Positions 44,273 through 55,034 are shown, counted from the first letter of the stretch. The stretch is 64,000 bases of DNA from a bacterium (GCA_963693055.1 OY843751.1:2400001-2464000); one strand, 5' to 3'. A program made the numbers and translations. Notes: a model not told the origin generated them from the sequence alone.

Positions 44273-46360
44273 ATGAAAACCAGAATTATTGGATTGGTTA
44301 TATTATTTATATGTTTATCTGCTGTCAATTCATACAGTCAAATGAAACACCATCAGATAGGGCGCTTGTGGCAAACCATGTTTGAGGTGGGTACCAGGCC
44401 AAATTATTCACCCTTGTATACGGCAATGAATTATCCCGGTGGCGATTTTTATCTGGGTACTCGAAAAAATATGGACCGTACCGGCCTTTGGATTGGTGTT
44501 AAAGAATGGACAAATAAATTCAACGAATATCAGCCCTATTATGTATCAGAGGGCGGGTATATGAATAATGAAGCTACCGGAGTGGTGTTTCCCATTTATA
44601 ATAAAAAGTATGTGCGCCAGCGCCTGCCGCTTGTATCAATCAATGGTACAGCTGAAAAACGTTATTCGGATTCACGAGACAGTAGCACCAGACGTTCTTC
44701 ACTGGATTCTGATGAGCAAATCGTTACAAAATGGGCTACTGATGTGGGTATTGAAGTCACACGTACCAGTTATGCTTTTGCAAATCCAAGGCACGACAGT
44801 TATATCATTCAGGAATATGTATTTAAAAATACCGGCAATGCAGATAAAGAGGAAAATACAGTTGAATTGCCTAATCAGGTTTTAAAAGATGTATATTTTG
44901 GGTTTTGGAGAACATTTATTCCATCATTGGACGTGGGCCACCAGCAAATGGGTGGCAAACATGATGAATGGTGCCATTATTACGGCAACCAGCCCGGAGA
45001 TTCTCTACGTGGATTCTGGTACGTTTACGATGGTGACAACAATTACAAAATTTTTGATGATACCGGAGATCCGTCTGAATTGAATGGTGAATTTCTGTCT
45101 CCGCAATATCCCTCTTTTGGAGTGCTTTATGCTGACACGGATTACATGACCGAGATTGATGATCCCAATCAGCCGGCAACTGTCAATTTCTGGCCTTATA
45201 GTCAGGTCAATTCTCATGTGAGTGGTGATCCTGATGCTACGCTTTATTCTGATCTTAGCAGCGGTGTTCAGAGTATGGGATCAGACACCCGCGAATTCGG
45301 CAGCCCTGTCGATCCGCAAATTCAACAGCCCCAATTGCTCATGTCATTTGGTCCTTATGAAATCCCTTTTGGCGAAGACATTCGAATTGTTATGTTTGAA
45401 GCTGTTGGAAGTGTGTCACGAAAACAGGCTATGCAAAAAGGCCGTGATTGGTTCGCTGGTAAATTAGAGTTGAATGGTTTGACAGGTGATGATGCAAAGA
45501 ATGCCTTTGTTGCGACAGGCAAAGATTCTTTACACGAAATTGCCAGGCGTGCAGAATGGACGTGGCAAAATGGTATTGAAGCAGTACCTGATGGTCCGGA
45601 ATCTCCCAGTTTAAATATTTCAGCCGGTCCGGCAAAAGTAGAATTGGAATGGTATTATAACACTGATGATTCTTTACCTCCCAAACCGGATGTGGACACA
45701 GGTGAATATGATTTTTCCGGATACCGCGTGTTTCGGGCTGCTGATGACTATAATAATGAATATTACAAGATTTGGGAATGCGGTGGAAATTCGGGAATTG
45801 ATGTTACCAACAAATATACAGACCGAGATGTAGAACGCGGTCAAAGTTATTATTATTATGTAACTGCCTATGATGACGGTTCGCAAAATACCAGCGGACT
45901 GGTTCCCGGTGAATCTGTTGAATCCAGCCATTTCAGTAACCGGAATTTTATCTATGCCGGTGTGCCTTATGCAGGGGCCAGACCCCAACTGGATTCCGTA
46001 TTTGTTGTTCCCAATCCGTTTCATTTTCAGGGGCTTGCATTCGGTGGTACCTGGGATGCTGATTACAAGTTTGATCCCAATACCGGTGGCCGCCCTGAAG
46101 ACAAGCTGTTATTTGTTGGATTACCGGCCAAAGCCACAATTAGGATTTTTACAGGCAGTGGTAATTTGATTAAAACACTTGAACACCCGAATCCTTATAA
46201 CGCTCAATCTGTTTCAGAGTCTGCTGATGAAATGTGGCTGCAGATAACTGATGAATGGCAAACGATCAAAAGTGGTGTTTACTTTTTTCATGTTGAAGGA
46301 TGGGACCAGCAAGGCAATTATATTGGTGAAACCATGGGCAAGTTTATCATTATACGCTAA
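44273..46360 (+). CDS. Secreted protein with FN3-like domain and variant C-terminal sorting domain
   Basis: Sec signal; DFSGYRVFRA..YTD.DV..GQSYYYYVTAYD; C-terminus VVPNPF..F.GLP..ATIRIFT.SG.LIKTL.H..SGVYF..GKFIIIR. Confidence 0.75.
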   Translation: MKTRIIGLVILFICLSAVNSYSQMKHHQIGRLWQTMFEVGTRPNYSPLYTAMNYPGGDFYLGTRKNMDRTGLWIGVKEWTNKFNEYQPYYVSEGGYMNNEATGVVFPIYNKKYVRQRLPLVSINGTAEKRYSDSRDSSTRRSSLDSDEQIVTKWATDVGIEVTRTSYAFANPRHDSYIIQEYVFKNTGNADKEENTVELPNQVLKDVYFGFWRTFIPSLDVGHQQMGGKHDEWCHYYGNQPGDSLRGFWYVYDGDNNYKIFDDTGDPSELNGEFLSPQYPSFGVLYADTDYMTEIDDPNQPATVNFWPYSQVNSHVSGDPDATLYSDLSSGVQSMGSDTREFGSPVDPQIQQPQLLMSFGPYEIPFGEDIRIVMFEAVGSVSRKQAMQKGRDWFAGKLELNGLTGDDAKNAFVATGKDSLHEIARRAEWTWQNGIEAVPDGPESPSLNISAGPAKVELEWYYNTDDSLPPKPDVDTGEYDFSGYRVFRAADDYNNEYYKIWECGGNSGIDVTNKYTDRDVERGQSYYYYVTAYDDGSQNTSGLVPGESVESSHFSNRNFIYAGVPYAGARPQLDSVFVVPNPFHFQGLAFGGTWDADYKFDPNTGGRPEDKLLFVGLPAKATIRIFTGSGNLIKTLEHPNPYNAQSVSESADEMWLQITDEWQTIKSGVYFFHVEGWDQQGNYIGETMGKFIIIR

Positions 46361-46372
46361 CTGGAGTGTTTT

Positions 46373-47410
46373 ATGAAAACCGGTTTTAAAATTGTTTTTA
46401 TTTTTTACATTTTGCTAAATGCTATAACCTGTTTGTATGCCGGGCAAAAAAATGCGGGACAAAGTGGAATGACATATTTGGCAATCAGCATGTGTTCCAG
46501 AGAAAATGCAATGGGAGATGCCGGTACGGCCAGTGTTAAAGGAATTAACGGGTTGTGGCATAATCCTTCTGTTATTGCTGATATTGCCAATTTTGCTGTT
46601 TCTCTTAATCAGGTTGACTGGTTGATTGATACTTATGTTTCGGGTGTTGCTGCTGCTTATGGATTGGGAAACTGGGGTACGGTTGCACTGGATGTAACTT
46701 ATATGGATTGGGGGGATATTATTGGAACAAAACCTGTTGACAGATCTGTTGATCCCAGAGGGTTTCAGATTACCGGCAATATTGAAGTTGAAGATTATGC
46801 CCTGGGTGTTGCCTATGCAAGAAGAATCAACAACAAGTTTGCAATGGGTGTTAAAATAAAACGAGTACATGAAAATCTGGGTAATGCACTATATGTTACC
46901 AGTGAGATTGGTGAGAACGAGGATGGTGATATTGAATATGAAAGAGGCTCGAAAGAATGGGAGTTGAATAACTGGGGTTTTGATTTTGGTACTATCTATG
47001 ACACGGGCTTTAAAGGCCTCTTGTTTGCAATGACTTTGCAGAATTTTTCTCGTGATATGAAATATTATTATGATGAATTTCAACTTCCCATGACTTTAAA
47101 AATGGGACTGGCAATGAAGATCTCTGATATTTTTTTCCCAAACAGTAAGCAATTTTGTGTCAACGCTGCCATAGATGCAAGTACACCCAATGATTATTCT
47201 GAAAGAGTAAATATTGGTTCTGAACTGGTTTACCTTGATCGTTTCGCATTACGCGGTGGATACAAGTTTAATAATGATGTAGAATCCATGACAATGGGCT
47301 TTGGTTTGAATTTTGATTTTTCAGGCGTGAATGCAAGTATAGATTATGCCTATTCAAGTGCAAACTATTTTCAGGATATTAACAGGTTTTCACTCAATTT
47401 TAATTTCTAG
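46373..47410 (+). CDS. PorV/PorQ-family (FadL-like) outer-membrane barrel
   Basis: AGQSG.TYLAI..SRENAMGDA, WHNPS, DFGTIY, LP.T..MG, LRGGY, DYAY, ends in F. Confidence 0.85.
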   Translation: MKTGFKIVFIFYILLNAITCLYAGQKNAGQSGMTYLAISMCSRENAMGDAGTASVKGINGLWHNPSVIADIANFAVSLNQVDWLIDTYVSGVAAAYGLGNWGTVALDVTYMDWGDIIGTKPVDRSVDPRGFQITGNIEVEDYALGVAYARRINNKFAMGVKIKRVHENLGNALYVTSEIGENEDGDIEYERGSKEWELNNWGFDFGTIYDTGFKGLLFAMTLQNFSRDMKYYYDEFQLPMTLKMGLAMKISDIFFPNSKQFCVNAAIDASTPNDYSERVNIGSELVYLDRFALRGGYKFNNDVESMTMGFGLNFDFSGVNASIDYAYSSANYFQDINRFSLNFNF

Positions 47411-47423
47411 GTTGTAAGGATGA

Positions 47424-49015
47424 ATGTTAAATAGAAAAATCCGTCTTACTTTGAAAACATTATTGGTACTTTTTTTTTTACTGCCTGTTCAACTCACTCT
47501 GTAGATCAATTTATATCAATACATGGTAATCGATTTGTCGATTACAAGGGGAACCAGATAATTTTTCATGGAATAAATCTGGTGAACAAGGATAAATCAG
47601 TCAACTATTTAGGAACTGAAGCTGAACATGATTTCCAAATAATGAAATCATGGGGCTTGAATTGTATCAGGTTAGGAATTATTTAGGATGGTTTGGAACC
47701 ACAACCCAGTGTGTATGATGATAAATATCTAGAGGGAATTGACCAACGCATTGCATGGGCAAAACAAAATGGAATGTATGTCATTTTAAATAAGCACCAG
47801 AATTTGTTCAGTGTAAAATTTTCAGATGGTGCGCCTGAATGGGCTACTTTAACTGATAGTAAAGAACACATCCATAATAGTCCTGTATGGAGCGATGCTT
47901 ATAATACCAGCTCTGCTGTACAAACCGCGTTTGATAATTTTTGGAATAATACGCCTGAATCTGATGGTACGGGAATTCAAGACCATTATGCAAAAGCCTG
48001 GCAATATGTTGCCAAACGGTATGCAAACGAAACATCTGTTGTCGGATATGATATTATGAATGAACCGTTTATCGGTTCAAAAATAAACGAAATACAACCG
48101 CTTCTGTTTTTTGAAGGAGCAAAGATTTTTGCTGAACAAGATTCTAAGGAGCATGCTTCCGTTTATAAACTTTAACAAATGTGGATGACAGAGGAGGGAC
48201 GTTATAAAATTTTGCAGCATTTGGCTAATCCCTATGTTTATTCACGTGTAATAGCTCGCACTGAATCCGGTTATCAGGAATTTGAGAAACATACACTGGC
48301 ATCTATGTTTCAAAGAGTTGCCAATGCTATATGCAAAGTAGATCAGAGTCATATTTTGTTTCTAGAGACAACAATTGCTTCCAATATGGGAGTTCGATCT
48401 GGTCTTGAACCCCTTGCGGATGCTTTGGGCAACCGCGATCCATTACAGGCATATGCTCCACATGGATATGACCTTGTAACGGACACAAAATTGGTAGCGC
48501 TTGCAAGCAATGACCGGCTGGATTTGATCTTTGACAGACACTTTGAAGCCTCAAAACGACTACAAATGCCCATGTATGTGGGTGAGTGGGGGGCCTATTA
48601 CATGAATGCAAATGCAAAAACAACAACAATGCATGTTGCCGGATTGTTTGAAAAAATGTTGTGTAGCGACACCTATTGGAGTTATAATAATAATTTACCC
48701 AAGGCTGATTTTTTTGAAGCAATCAGCAGGATTTATCCTGTTCATGTTCCGGGAGTATTACTGTTTTATTCTATTGATCCCGAAACAAATATATTTCATT
48801 GTCGCTGGCTAGACGATACTGATATCAGCGGATCACTCAAGAGATACATCCCATCACGATATATGGTTTCACTTGATCAAATTGAATGCATACCTGACAA
48901 TATGAATATCAGGTTAGAGATAAAAGAGGGCAGTGAAAGCAATTACATTATTGCAAAACCTGCCCGGGATTATTCGGATATTTGTACTATAACATTTCGA
49001 CTTTATACAAAATAA
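47424..49015 (+). pseudogene. GH5 (endoglycoceramidase/cellulase-like) lipoprotein pseudogene
   Basis: ATG 47424 signal peptide is frameshifted at T10 (47470-47479) relative to FTAC..HGINLVNK..RLGII. In-frame TAG 47684-47686 (RLGII*DGLEP) and TAA 48173-48175. Catalytic motifs YDIMNEP and VGEWG remain. Confidence 0.88.
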
Positions 49016-49025
49016 TTGTTGGTTA

Positions 49026-49832
49026 TTATTTTTCCAAAAACTTGATCAAACCTTCAGGATCGTCTGTCTGAATACCATCCGTACCCCAATCCAGTGCTTG
49101 CTGCCAGCATGAGGAATCACTTTCATCAACAATAACAATAGCACCGGCCTTGTGACATGCATCCAAAAATGTTTTTGAATAATATTTCCATACCGATGCA
49201 ACCACATAAGGTTTTAATTCAGTAAGCAGTGTATTCAGGTTCTTTTCAGGGCCCGGATCAGGCATAATAATGCATTCAGAACATAATTTTTTGACTTGTT
49301 TTAGCTCTTGAGGATCAGCATACCACACAATATCCTTTTCCATGTCCCATTTTTTAATTACCGATAGAGTTTGATTAATATCTGCGTTTTTAAAATCCAG
49401 ATATATGCCTATTTTACCTTTACACAATTCCAATATCTCATCAAAAGTAGGAATTCTCTCATTCGTCCATTTCGCATCAATGCGACTCCCAACATCCATA
49501 GCTTTCAATTCTTCAAGCGTAAACTCGGATACTAATCCTGTAGTACCGTCTGTTACATATGCATCGATTTTACTATTATGAACACTAACCAAAGCACTGT
49601 CACGGGTTGTTCGAAGATCAATTTCAACAAAGTCAGCACCCAGATCAATAGCTTTTTGGTAGGCCGCCAGCGTATTCTCCGGAATTCCTATATGAGCTCC
49701 CCGATGAGCAACCACATATACTTTACCATTTTGGGGTGGCTTTAGAAACGTTTCTGATTGGTTTTTACAGCCCAATACTACCATTGTTGCAACTAGAATT
49801 ATTAGAAATTTAATTCGGTTCATCAGTTTCAT
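49026..49832 (-). CDS. Glycerophosphodiester phosphodiesterase-family lipoprotein
   Basis: Lipobox VLGC; VAHRG..PENTL.AY..A, VEIDLR, IPTF.E, DGIQTDDP. Confidence 0.92.
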   Translation of the reverse strand: MKLMNRIKFLIILVATMVVLGCKNQSETFLKPPQNGKVYVVAHRGAHIGIPENTLAAYQKAIDLGADFVEIDLRTTRDSALVSVHNSKIDAYVTDGTTGLVSEFTLEELKAMDVGSRIDAKWTNERIPTFDEILELCKGKIGIYLDFKNADINQTLSVIKKWDMEKDIVWYADPQELKQVKKLCSECIIMPDPGPEKNLNTLLTELKPYVVASVWKYYSKTFLDACHKAGAIVIVDESDSSCWQQALDWGTDGIQTDDPEGLIKFLEK

Positions 49833-51784
49833 TCCTTATATTGATAAGCGTTAAATGGGATCATTGTCCAGTTTCCGTCCTTAAACTTGTACCATAATCT
49901 TAGCCGTTCATTACCATTCTGGTTCATATATTCAAATTTTATCTTGTGATATCCTTTTTGTAACCCCAAAAAGCCTAAATTACTATTCTGATTTTTGGGG
50001 ATATCATCATCAATAACCAGTTCATCATCAATATAAACTTTGACAGCGTCATCTCCTCTGGAACGAAACTGGTACAATCCATCTTGCGGTATTTTAAAAA
50101 ATCCATCATAGACAATACCGAAATTCTCCTCACGCCATTGAGGGCCATCCGTCCAGAAAAGATCAGTCTTCCAGAATTCTTTAACAACGCCAGATGATTT
50201 TGGAACGAGTTTTTCAAAAAACGGTAATTTAGTCCATTCACCCTCATAGTATCTATATCTCAGGCCTTGTTTAAATGCTTTATTTTTTGTACTGTTTTTT
50301 AAATTTATTTTAATAAAATCAACTGGTGCCAAGGATGCGAATTGGTTATTGTCGTTATAAAGACTTGCTTGTACAGTTGAATTTTGTTTAACAACCAACG
50401 AGTCCTTGAATTTAATATCCGGTATTGAATTATCCAAAGAAAATCCAGAGTGCAGATCGTGAAAAGGCATATCCATATATACTATTACAGAGTCAACAAA
50501 TGCATAGAGTTTGGGGTTCAGGTAATCCTGATTTATCTTGGGGCTTATGGGGAGATCAAATTGCCCATGCTGTTCAAAATCCTGATTGTTGCTGTAACTT
50601 AATTCCCAATCAAATTGCAACAGGTCAAGATCTTTGTATGCAGTCATTTGATTAGCATGAATTTCTGATTGGATGACTGTATCTGTCTTTGCCGGCAGAA
50701 CGAGATTGATATGAGCATTTGTAATATCAACCTGATGATGATGATAAAATTTCATTTCAATATTCAAAGCTTCAGCAGCATCATTCTTGAAATATAAATA
50801 CAAGCTGCCATTTTTAAATTCATTCCCTTTATTGCACAATACCAGATTTTCGAATGATGTATTCTCAAGTAACGAGGCTGCCATCTTGCGAGTTTGTTTA
50901 TTGCTTACATCATGTGGATGAATCCCATCAAGCTGCAGATTGGAAAATACTGGCCCATCATCTGTTACTGTCACCCAGGAGATGTGATCAAACTCACCAA
51001 AATGGGGTCCACGTAAACGGCTACCCCCGCCGGCAGTCGCTAAAATATAATAGTTGTTATTGTTTCTCTCATTATGAAAATACCGATGTTCATGACCCGC
51101 AAAGACAGTATATTGCCGGTTATGTAATACGTCTTCAATTTCCTGAAAACGGTTTTGTGTATCATATTTCCAGACAGGGTGGTGCATGAATAAAAATGTC
51201 CACCGTACGTTTTGATTTTCCTTTAACGTTTCTATTACGAATTCTTTTTGTTGATTTGTTATTGAATAGTCCTTGTCATCATTACTATCCAAAGTGATAA
51301 ATAATACGTCTTTGTATACAAAAGAATAGTATCTTTTGCCATAACGTTTTTCCCATTCTTTTTGCATTACTTTGTTGGTAATATCGTGATTACCTGGTAA
51401 ATAAAAGAAAGGGACGTTGAGATTTTCAACAATTGAATTGAACTCTTTCCATTCTTTGTCAATAAGCAGAGAATCCTGTGTATAACCGGGGATTAAATCA
51501 CCCACACTCATTACAAATTCAGGCATAAGCATATTAATTTTATCTACAGCTTTGGGGAAAATACCTTTTCTTAAACCACCGGTACGATCACTGACAATAA
51601 CAAATTGAAAATTCTGAGGATCATTATAGAATTTTAAATTCGTCCAGGGTTTTGCCTCAGAGTCAACCGTACTTTTAAAAGCATTGTCTTTTTTACAAAA
51701 TGCATATCCGGCTGTAAATAAATAAAGAGCAATTATCCATATCACTGATAACCGATTATGTTTATTTCTCAATCTTGAATTCAT
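49829..51784 (-). CDS. Calcineurin-like metallophosphoesterase with C-terminal PA14 domain
   Basis: SDRTGG, VGDLI, PGNHD, FMHHP, AGHEH; PA14 GL.Y.YYEG.W..F...Y.G..IP.DG.Y.F..DD. Confidence 0.85.
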   Translation of the reverse strand: MNSRLRNKHNRLSVIWIIALYLFTAGYAFCKKDNAFKSTVDSEAKPWTNLKFYNDPQNFQFVIVSDRTGGLRKGIFPKAVDKINMLMPEFVMSVGDLIPGYTQDSLLIDKEWKEFNSIVENLNVPFFYLPGNHDITNKVMQKEWEKRYGKRYYSFVYKDVLFITLDSNDDKDYSITNQQKEFVIETLKENQNVRWTFLFMHHPVWKYDTQNRFQEIEDVLHNRQYTVFAGHEHRYFHNERNNNNYYILATAGGGSRLRGPHFGEFDHISWVTVTDDGPVFSNLQLDGIHPHDVSNKQTRKMAASLLENTSFENLVLCNKGNEFKNGSLYLYFKNDAAEALNIEMKFYHHHQVDITNAHINLVLPAKTDTVIQSEIHANQMTAYKDLDLLQFDWELSYSNNQDFEQHGQFDLPISPKINQDYLNPKLYAFVDSVIVYMDMPFHDLHSGFSLDNSIPDIKFKDSLVVKQNSTVQASLYNDNNQFASLAPVDFIKINLKNSTKNKAFKQGLRYRYYEGEWTKLPFFEKLVPKSSGVVKEFWKTDLFWTDGPQWREENFGIVYDGFFKIPQDGLYQFRSRGDDAVKVYIDDELVIDDDIPKNQNSNLGFLGLQKGYHKIKFEYMNQNGNERLRLWYKFKDGNWTMIPFNAYQYKE

Positions 51785-53525
51785 CTTTAATATCTCCGGC
51801 AAGATTGTAGGTTTTATATTCGAGTGTGTTCTTGTTTACATCAAGCGATAAATACAAAGGTTCACCTCCAAATCGTACATCGACAAACTCTCTGGCAGGC
51901 ATTTCACGGTCCCCGTTCGGAACGGATATGGATATTACATATATAGTTCCATCAGCAGGAGATTTAACCGGTTTTTGGTTATACATGGGTTTAGAACGCA
52001 TGTAATAATGTACGTGTCCTGAAAAAACCATATCTACATGATATTTGTCAAACATATCACCCCATTGCTTGCGAATTACCGGATAATCCTCTTCATAGCT
52101 GTAGGGAGGGAAATGGAAAAATACAAATTTCCAGGTTTTATCAGAATTAGCCAATGTGTTTTCAAGCCATTGTGTTTGATCTTTTATAGGGGCCGTTGCA
52201 TCTAACATCACAAAAAGCGCGTTGCTGTATTCAAAGCTATATACTCTTTCTTTTTCTATAAAGTCAGGACCGTTTTTAGGATATTCAAACTGGTCCAGAT
52301 ATAGTTGTGCGCCCAGACCATCCTGATTATCATGATTGCCCAGAGTTGTCATCATGGGACGTTGTTTTAATACATCCTGGCCATATTTAAACCAATGATC
52401 CCAATCATCCCTATACAGTCCCGTACTGACAACATCTCCACCGATTGTAAAAAAGGAGGTAGAGGGATGTTGCTTAAAGGCTGTATTGATCAATTGTCCC
52501 CAATGGGGTGATCTGTGTGTATCTCCAAAATAAACAAATGAAAAAGGTTCATCATCTTTGGGACCGGTTACAAATTCCGAGGTATCACTCCATGTTTGAT
52601 TATAACCTACAGTATAATTGTATGTTGTATTGGGTTCAAGCTCGACTAGTTTTGCATGAAAACGATGTGTGTATCTATCATTTTTAAGCAATCTGTTTTC
52701 AATTAATGTTTTTTCTGCAACGCTGGTTTTCATATCTTGTTTTTTTTGCCAGTAACGGACCTGACCCTGGTTAACCTTGGAGTTGGTTCTCCATTGTATG
52801 TTCATGGTGGTTGATGGATCATCGCTCCAGGTCAGAGATATCTGATCAGGATACTCGGAAGAAGGAAAGGGTGTGTTTCTGAATGCATTGATAAGGTGGG
52901 CTTCTCTTGCTCTTCCTCGTATTGTGGTAAGCAGTTGATTGCCAATCAATGATTCTGGCACCTGTGTTAATACCAGTTCATCCCAATCATGATATGTGAA
53001 CGCTCCCGGTTGCATAATTTCAATATGTTGGTTCGATGGAAAGAAATTGCTTAACTCGAGCTTGTCTGCTTTATTCTTTGGACCAACGGAAACAAAGTAA
53101 ACCGGACGGTGTTTGTCGAATCCATTAATCCCCAATTCCACACGCCCTGCAGGAAATTCTTTTTGCCATACTGAATATGTGTTTAATTCATTTTTTACAA
53201 TCATATCCGTTTTGCTGAACCCAGATGGTTCGAGCCAAAAGGGAGGTTGCTGCTGATTCTGGTGTTGCATGATTGAAACAGTCACAGGCACATTTACATC
53301 AAAATACCAATATTTTTTTGCAAGTATATCTTTTTCTTCTTTTGTAATATTGTTCATGATAAAATCATGATTAATAGATTCAAGTTCCCCGTCCGTTAAA
53401 TTTGCATACATTCGTGTAACAATATTGTCCATTGTAGATTTAACAGTTGGCGTTGAATGTGTTACACACCCAAGAAAAAATAAAAATATTATACCCAAAA
53501 CTATGATGCTTTTTTTGTTTTTCAT
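51762..53525 (-). CDS. Purple-acid-phosphatase-like metallophosphoesterase (FN3 + catalytic), lipoprotein
   Basis: Lipobox FLGC; PDQISLTW..L.PNT.Y.Y.VG FN3; GDTH, GGDVV, GNHD, FHFPPY, SGHVH. Confidence 0.87.
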   Translation of the reverse strand: MKNKKSIIVLGIIFLFFLGCVTHSTPTVKSTMDNIVTRMYANLTDGELESINHDFIMNNITKEEKDILAKKYWYFDVNVPVTVSIMQHQNQQQPPFWLEPSGFSKTDMIVKNELNTYSVWQKEFPAGRVELGINGFDKHRPVYFVSVGPKNKADKLELSNFFPSNQHIEIMQPGAFTYHDWDELVLTQVPESLIGNQLLTTIRGRAREAHLINAFRNTPFPSSEYPDQISLTWSDDPSTTMNIQWRTNSKVNQGQVRYWQKKQDMKTSVAEKTLIENRLLKNDRYTHRFHAKLVELEPNTTYNYTVGYNQTWSDTSEFVTGPKDDEPFSFVYFGDTHRSPHWGQLINTAFKQHPSTSFFTIGGDVVSTGLYRDDWDHWFKYGQDVLKQRPMMTTLGNHDNQDGLGAQLYLDQFEYPKNGPDFIEKERVYSFEYSNALFVMLDATAPIKDQTQWLENTLANSDKTWKFVFFHFPPYSYEEDYPVIRKQWGDMFDKYHVDMVFSGHVHYYMRSKPMYNQKPVKSPADGTIYVISISVPNGDREMPAREFVDVRFGGEPLYLSLDVNKNTLEYKTYNLAGDIKDEFKIEK

Positions 53526-53717
53526 CAGATCTCCATATGTGATTTGTTAAATTTAAGCATTTTGATTAACACTCTTTTACAATTGAAAATTCATGTTAGG
53601 GAAAGAGTTTATTGAAAATAATGAAAAAATTATAAAATTGCAGCTTATTGCAAAAAAAAATGTAAATTTTGTCATTTTTTTCTTTGATTTGTTTGAAAAT
53701 GGAATATATTTATAAAA

Positions 53718-53729
53718 ACAAACGTTTGC
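53718..53729. promoter_or_regulatory. LacI-type operator, site 1
   Basis: ACAAACGTTTGC; perfect 10-bp palindrome CAAACGTTTG with central CG. Confidence 0.65.
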
Positions 53730-53918
53730 CTTTTTAAGGTTCAGATATTGTAAAAGAATGTAAAAATTAGATTTATTTGTTTTTAAAATACGAAAAATGG
53801 CACAAAAAATAAATAAAAAAACAAGTTTTGGTTTGAATTGCTGTTAATTTATATGAAAAATATTTAAAATCTGCTTAATAATTTCTTAATCATGCATGTT
53901 TACATTTAATTATAAAAT

Positions 53919-53930
53919 GCAAACGATTGC
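53919..53930. promoter_or_regulatory. LacI-type operator, site 2
   Basis: GCAAACGATTGC, 15 nt before the LacI start codon. Confidence 0.7.
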
Positions 53931-53945
53931 CCCTTAAGGAACCTT

Positions 53946-54959
53946 ATGGCAACACTTAAAGATGTAGCAAAATTAGCCAAAGTCCACCCGTCAACAGTTT
54001 CTCGTGTATTACGTGATATTGATAGTTTATCAATAACTACCAAAACACGTGAACGAATCCTTAATGCAGTAGAAGAATTGAAATATCGACCAGATCAGAT
54101 GGCCCGGGCATTAAAGATGGGTAAAAGTTTTTCAATCGGTCTGATCATACCAGATATATCAAATCCATTTTTTGCAGAACTTGTCAAAATTATAGAAAAT
54201 GAATGTACCAAGGCTGGCTTTATTCTTCTTGTTTCCATTTCTAATGAAGATCAGGAAAAAGAGATTCAGCATGTTAACAATTTGTTAGGCAGAGGTATAG
54301 ATGGATTAATTCTGGCTCCAGTGCAGAATAGTTATAATCATATTTTAGAATTAAAAAGCAAGAACTTTCCTTTTTTGTTGATCGATCGGTATTTTGAAAC
54401 ATTTGAAACCAATGCAATAATTAGTGACAATGAAGAATCAGCATTCAAGGCTGTTCAATATCTTGTTAAGCTCGGACACAATCGTATTGGTTTTATCAGT
54501 GGTCGTCCAGAAATTTATACAATTCGGAAAAGGTTGGAGGGATTTAAAAAAGCTCTCAAAGAATTCAATTTAGAAGATAATAAAGAATTTATGTGGGGGG
54601 CTGGCCATACTTTTCAGGATGGGTACGAAGCAACACAAAATTTGCTGGCTTTAAATAAACCGCCAACAGCCTTGTTGATATCTGGCAACCTCATAACTTT
54701 AGGCGCTTACAAAGCTTTGTTGGAAAAAGGATTGCATATACCGAATGATATCTCTATAATAGCATTTTCTGATAATGTTATTTCTCAATATTTGTCTACA
54801 CCTTTAACAACAATTTCACACCCCCTTGAAGAAATGGGTAAACGTGCATTTCAATTATTGTTTCAGAACATAAATACCGAAGTAAGGAATTCTTATACTA
54901 AAATTACGGTTTGTACTAATTTCATCATAAGAGAATCAACAGGTAAAAGAACAAGTTGA
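53946..54959 (+). CDS. LacI-family transcriptional regulator
   Basis: TLKDVAKLAKVHPSTVSRVL HTH, Y.P...AR.L hinge, IPDISNPFF, LGH.RI, IP.DISI, PLTTI. Confidence 0.96.
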   Translation: MATLKDVAKLAKVHPSTVSRVLRDIDSLSITTKTRERILNAVEELKYRPDQMARALKMGKSFSIGLIIPDISNPFFAELVKIIENECTKAGFILLVSISNEDQEKEIQHVNNLLGRGIDGLILAPVQNSYNHILELKSKNFPFLLIDRYFETFETNAIISDNEESAFKAVQYLVKLGHNRIGFISGRPEIYTIRKRLEGFKKALKEFNLEDNKEFMWGAGHTFQDGYEATQNLLALNKPPTALLISGNLITLGAYKALLEKGLHIPNDISIIAFSDNVISQYLSTPLTTISHPLEEMGKRAFQLLFQNINTEVRNSYTKITVCTNFIIRESTGKRTS

Positions 54960-55034
54960 GTTTTAATATAGTAATTAGATAAAAATAATAATATATAATC
55001 AAATGAGATGTATTTCTTGCTCTTGGAGAAAATT

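Noticed and set aside
47470-47479. T10 tract as a phase-variation switch
   Set aside because: Slippage could not restore function because two nonsense codons follow.
47684-48175. Stop-codon recoding (pyrrolysine or alternative code) in the GH5 gene
   Set aside because: The lesions are TAG, TAA and a frameshift together. TAG and TAA end many intact genes here, and tRNA-Sec reads only UGA.
47693-49015. ORFs 47693-48175 and 48179-49015 as two genes
   Set aside because: They share one frame and each carries one half of a single GH5 catalytic pair.
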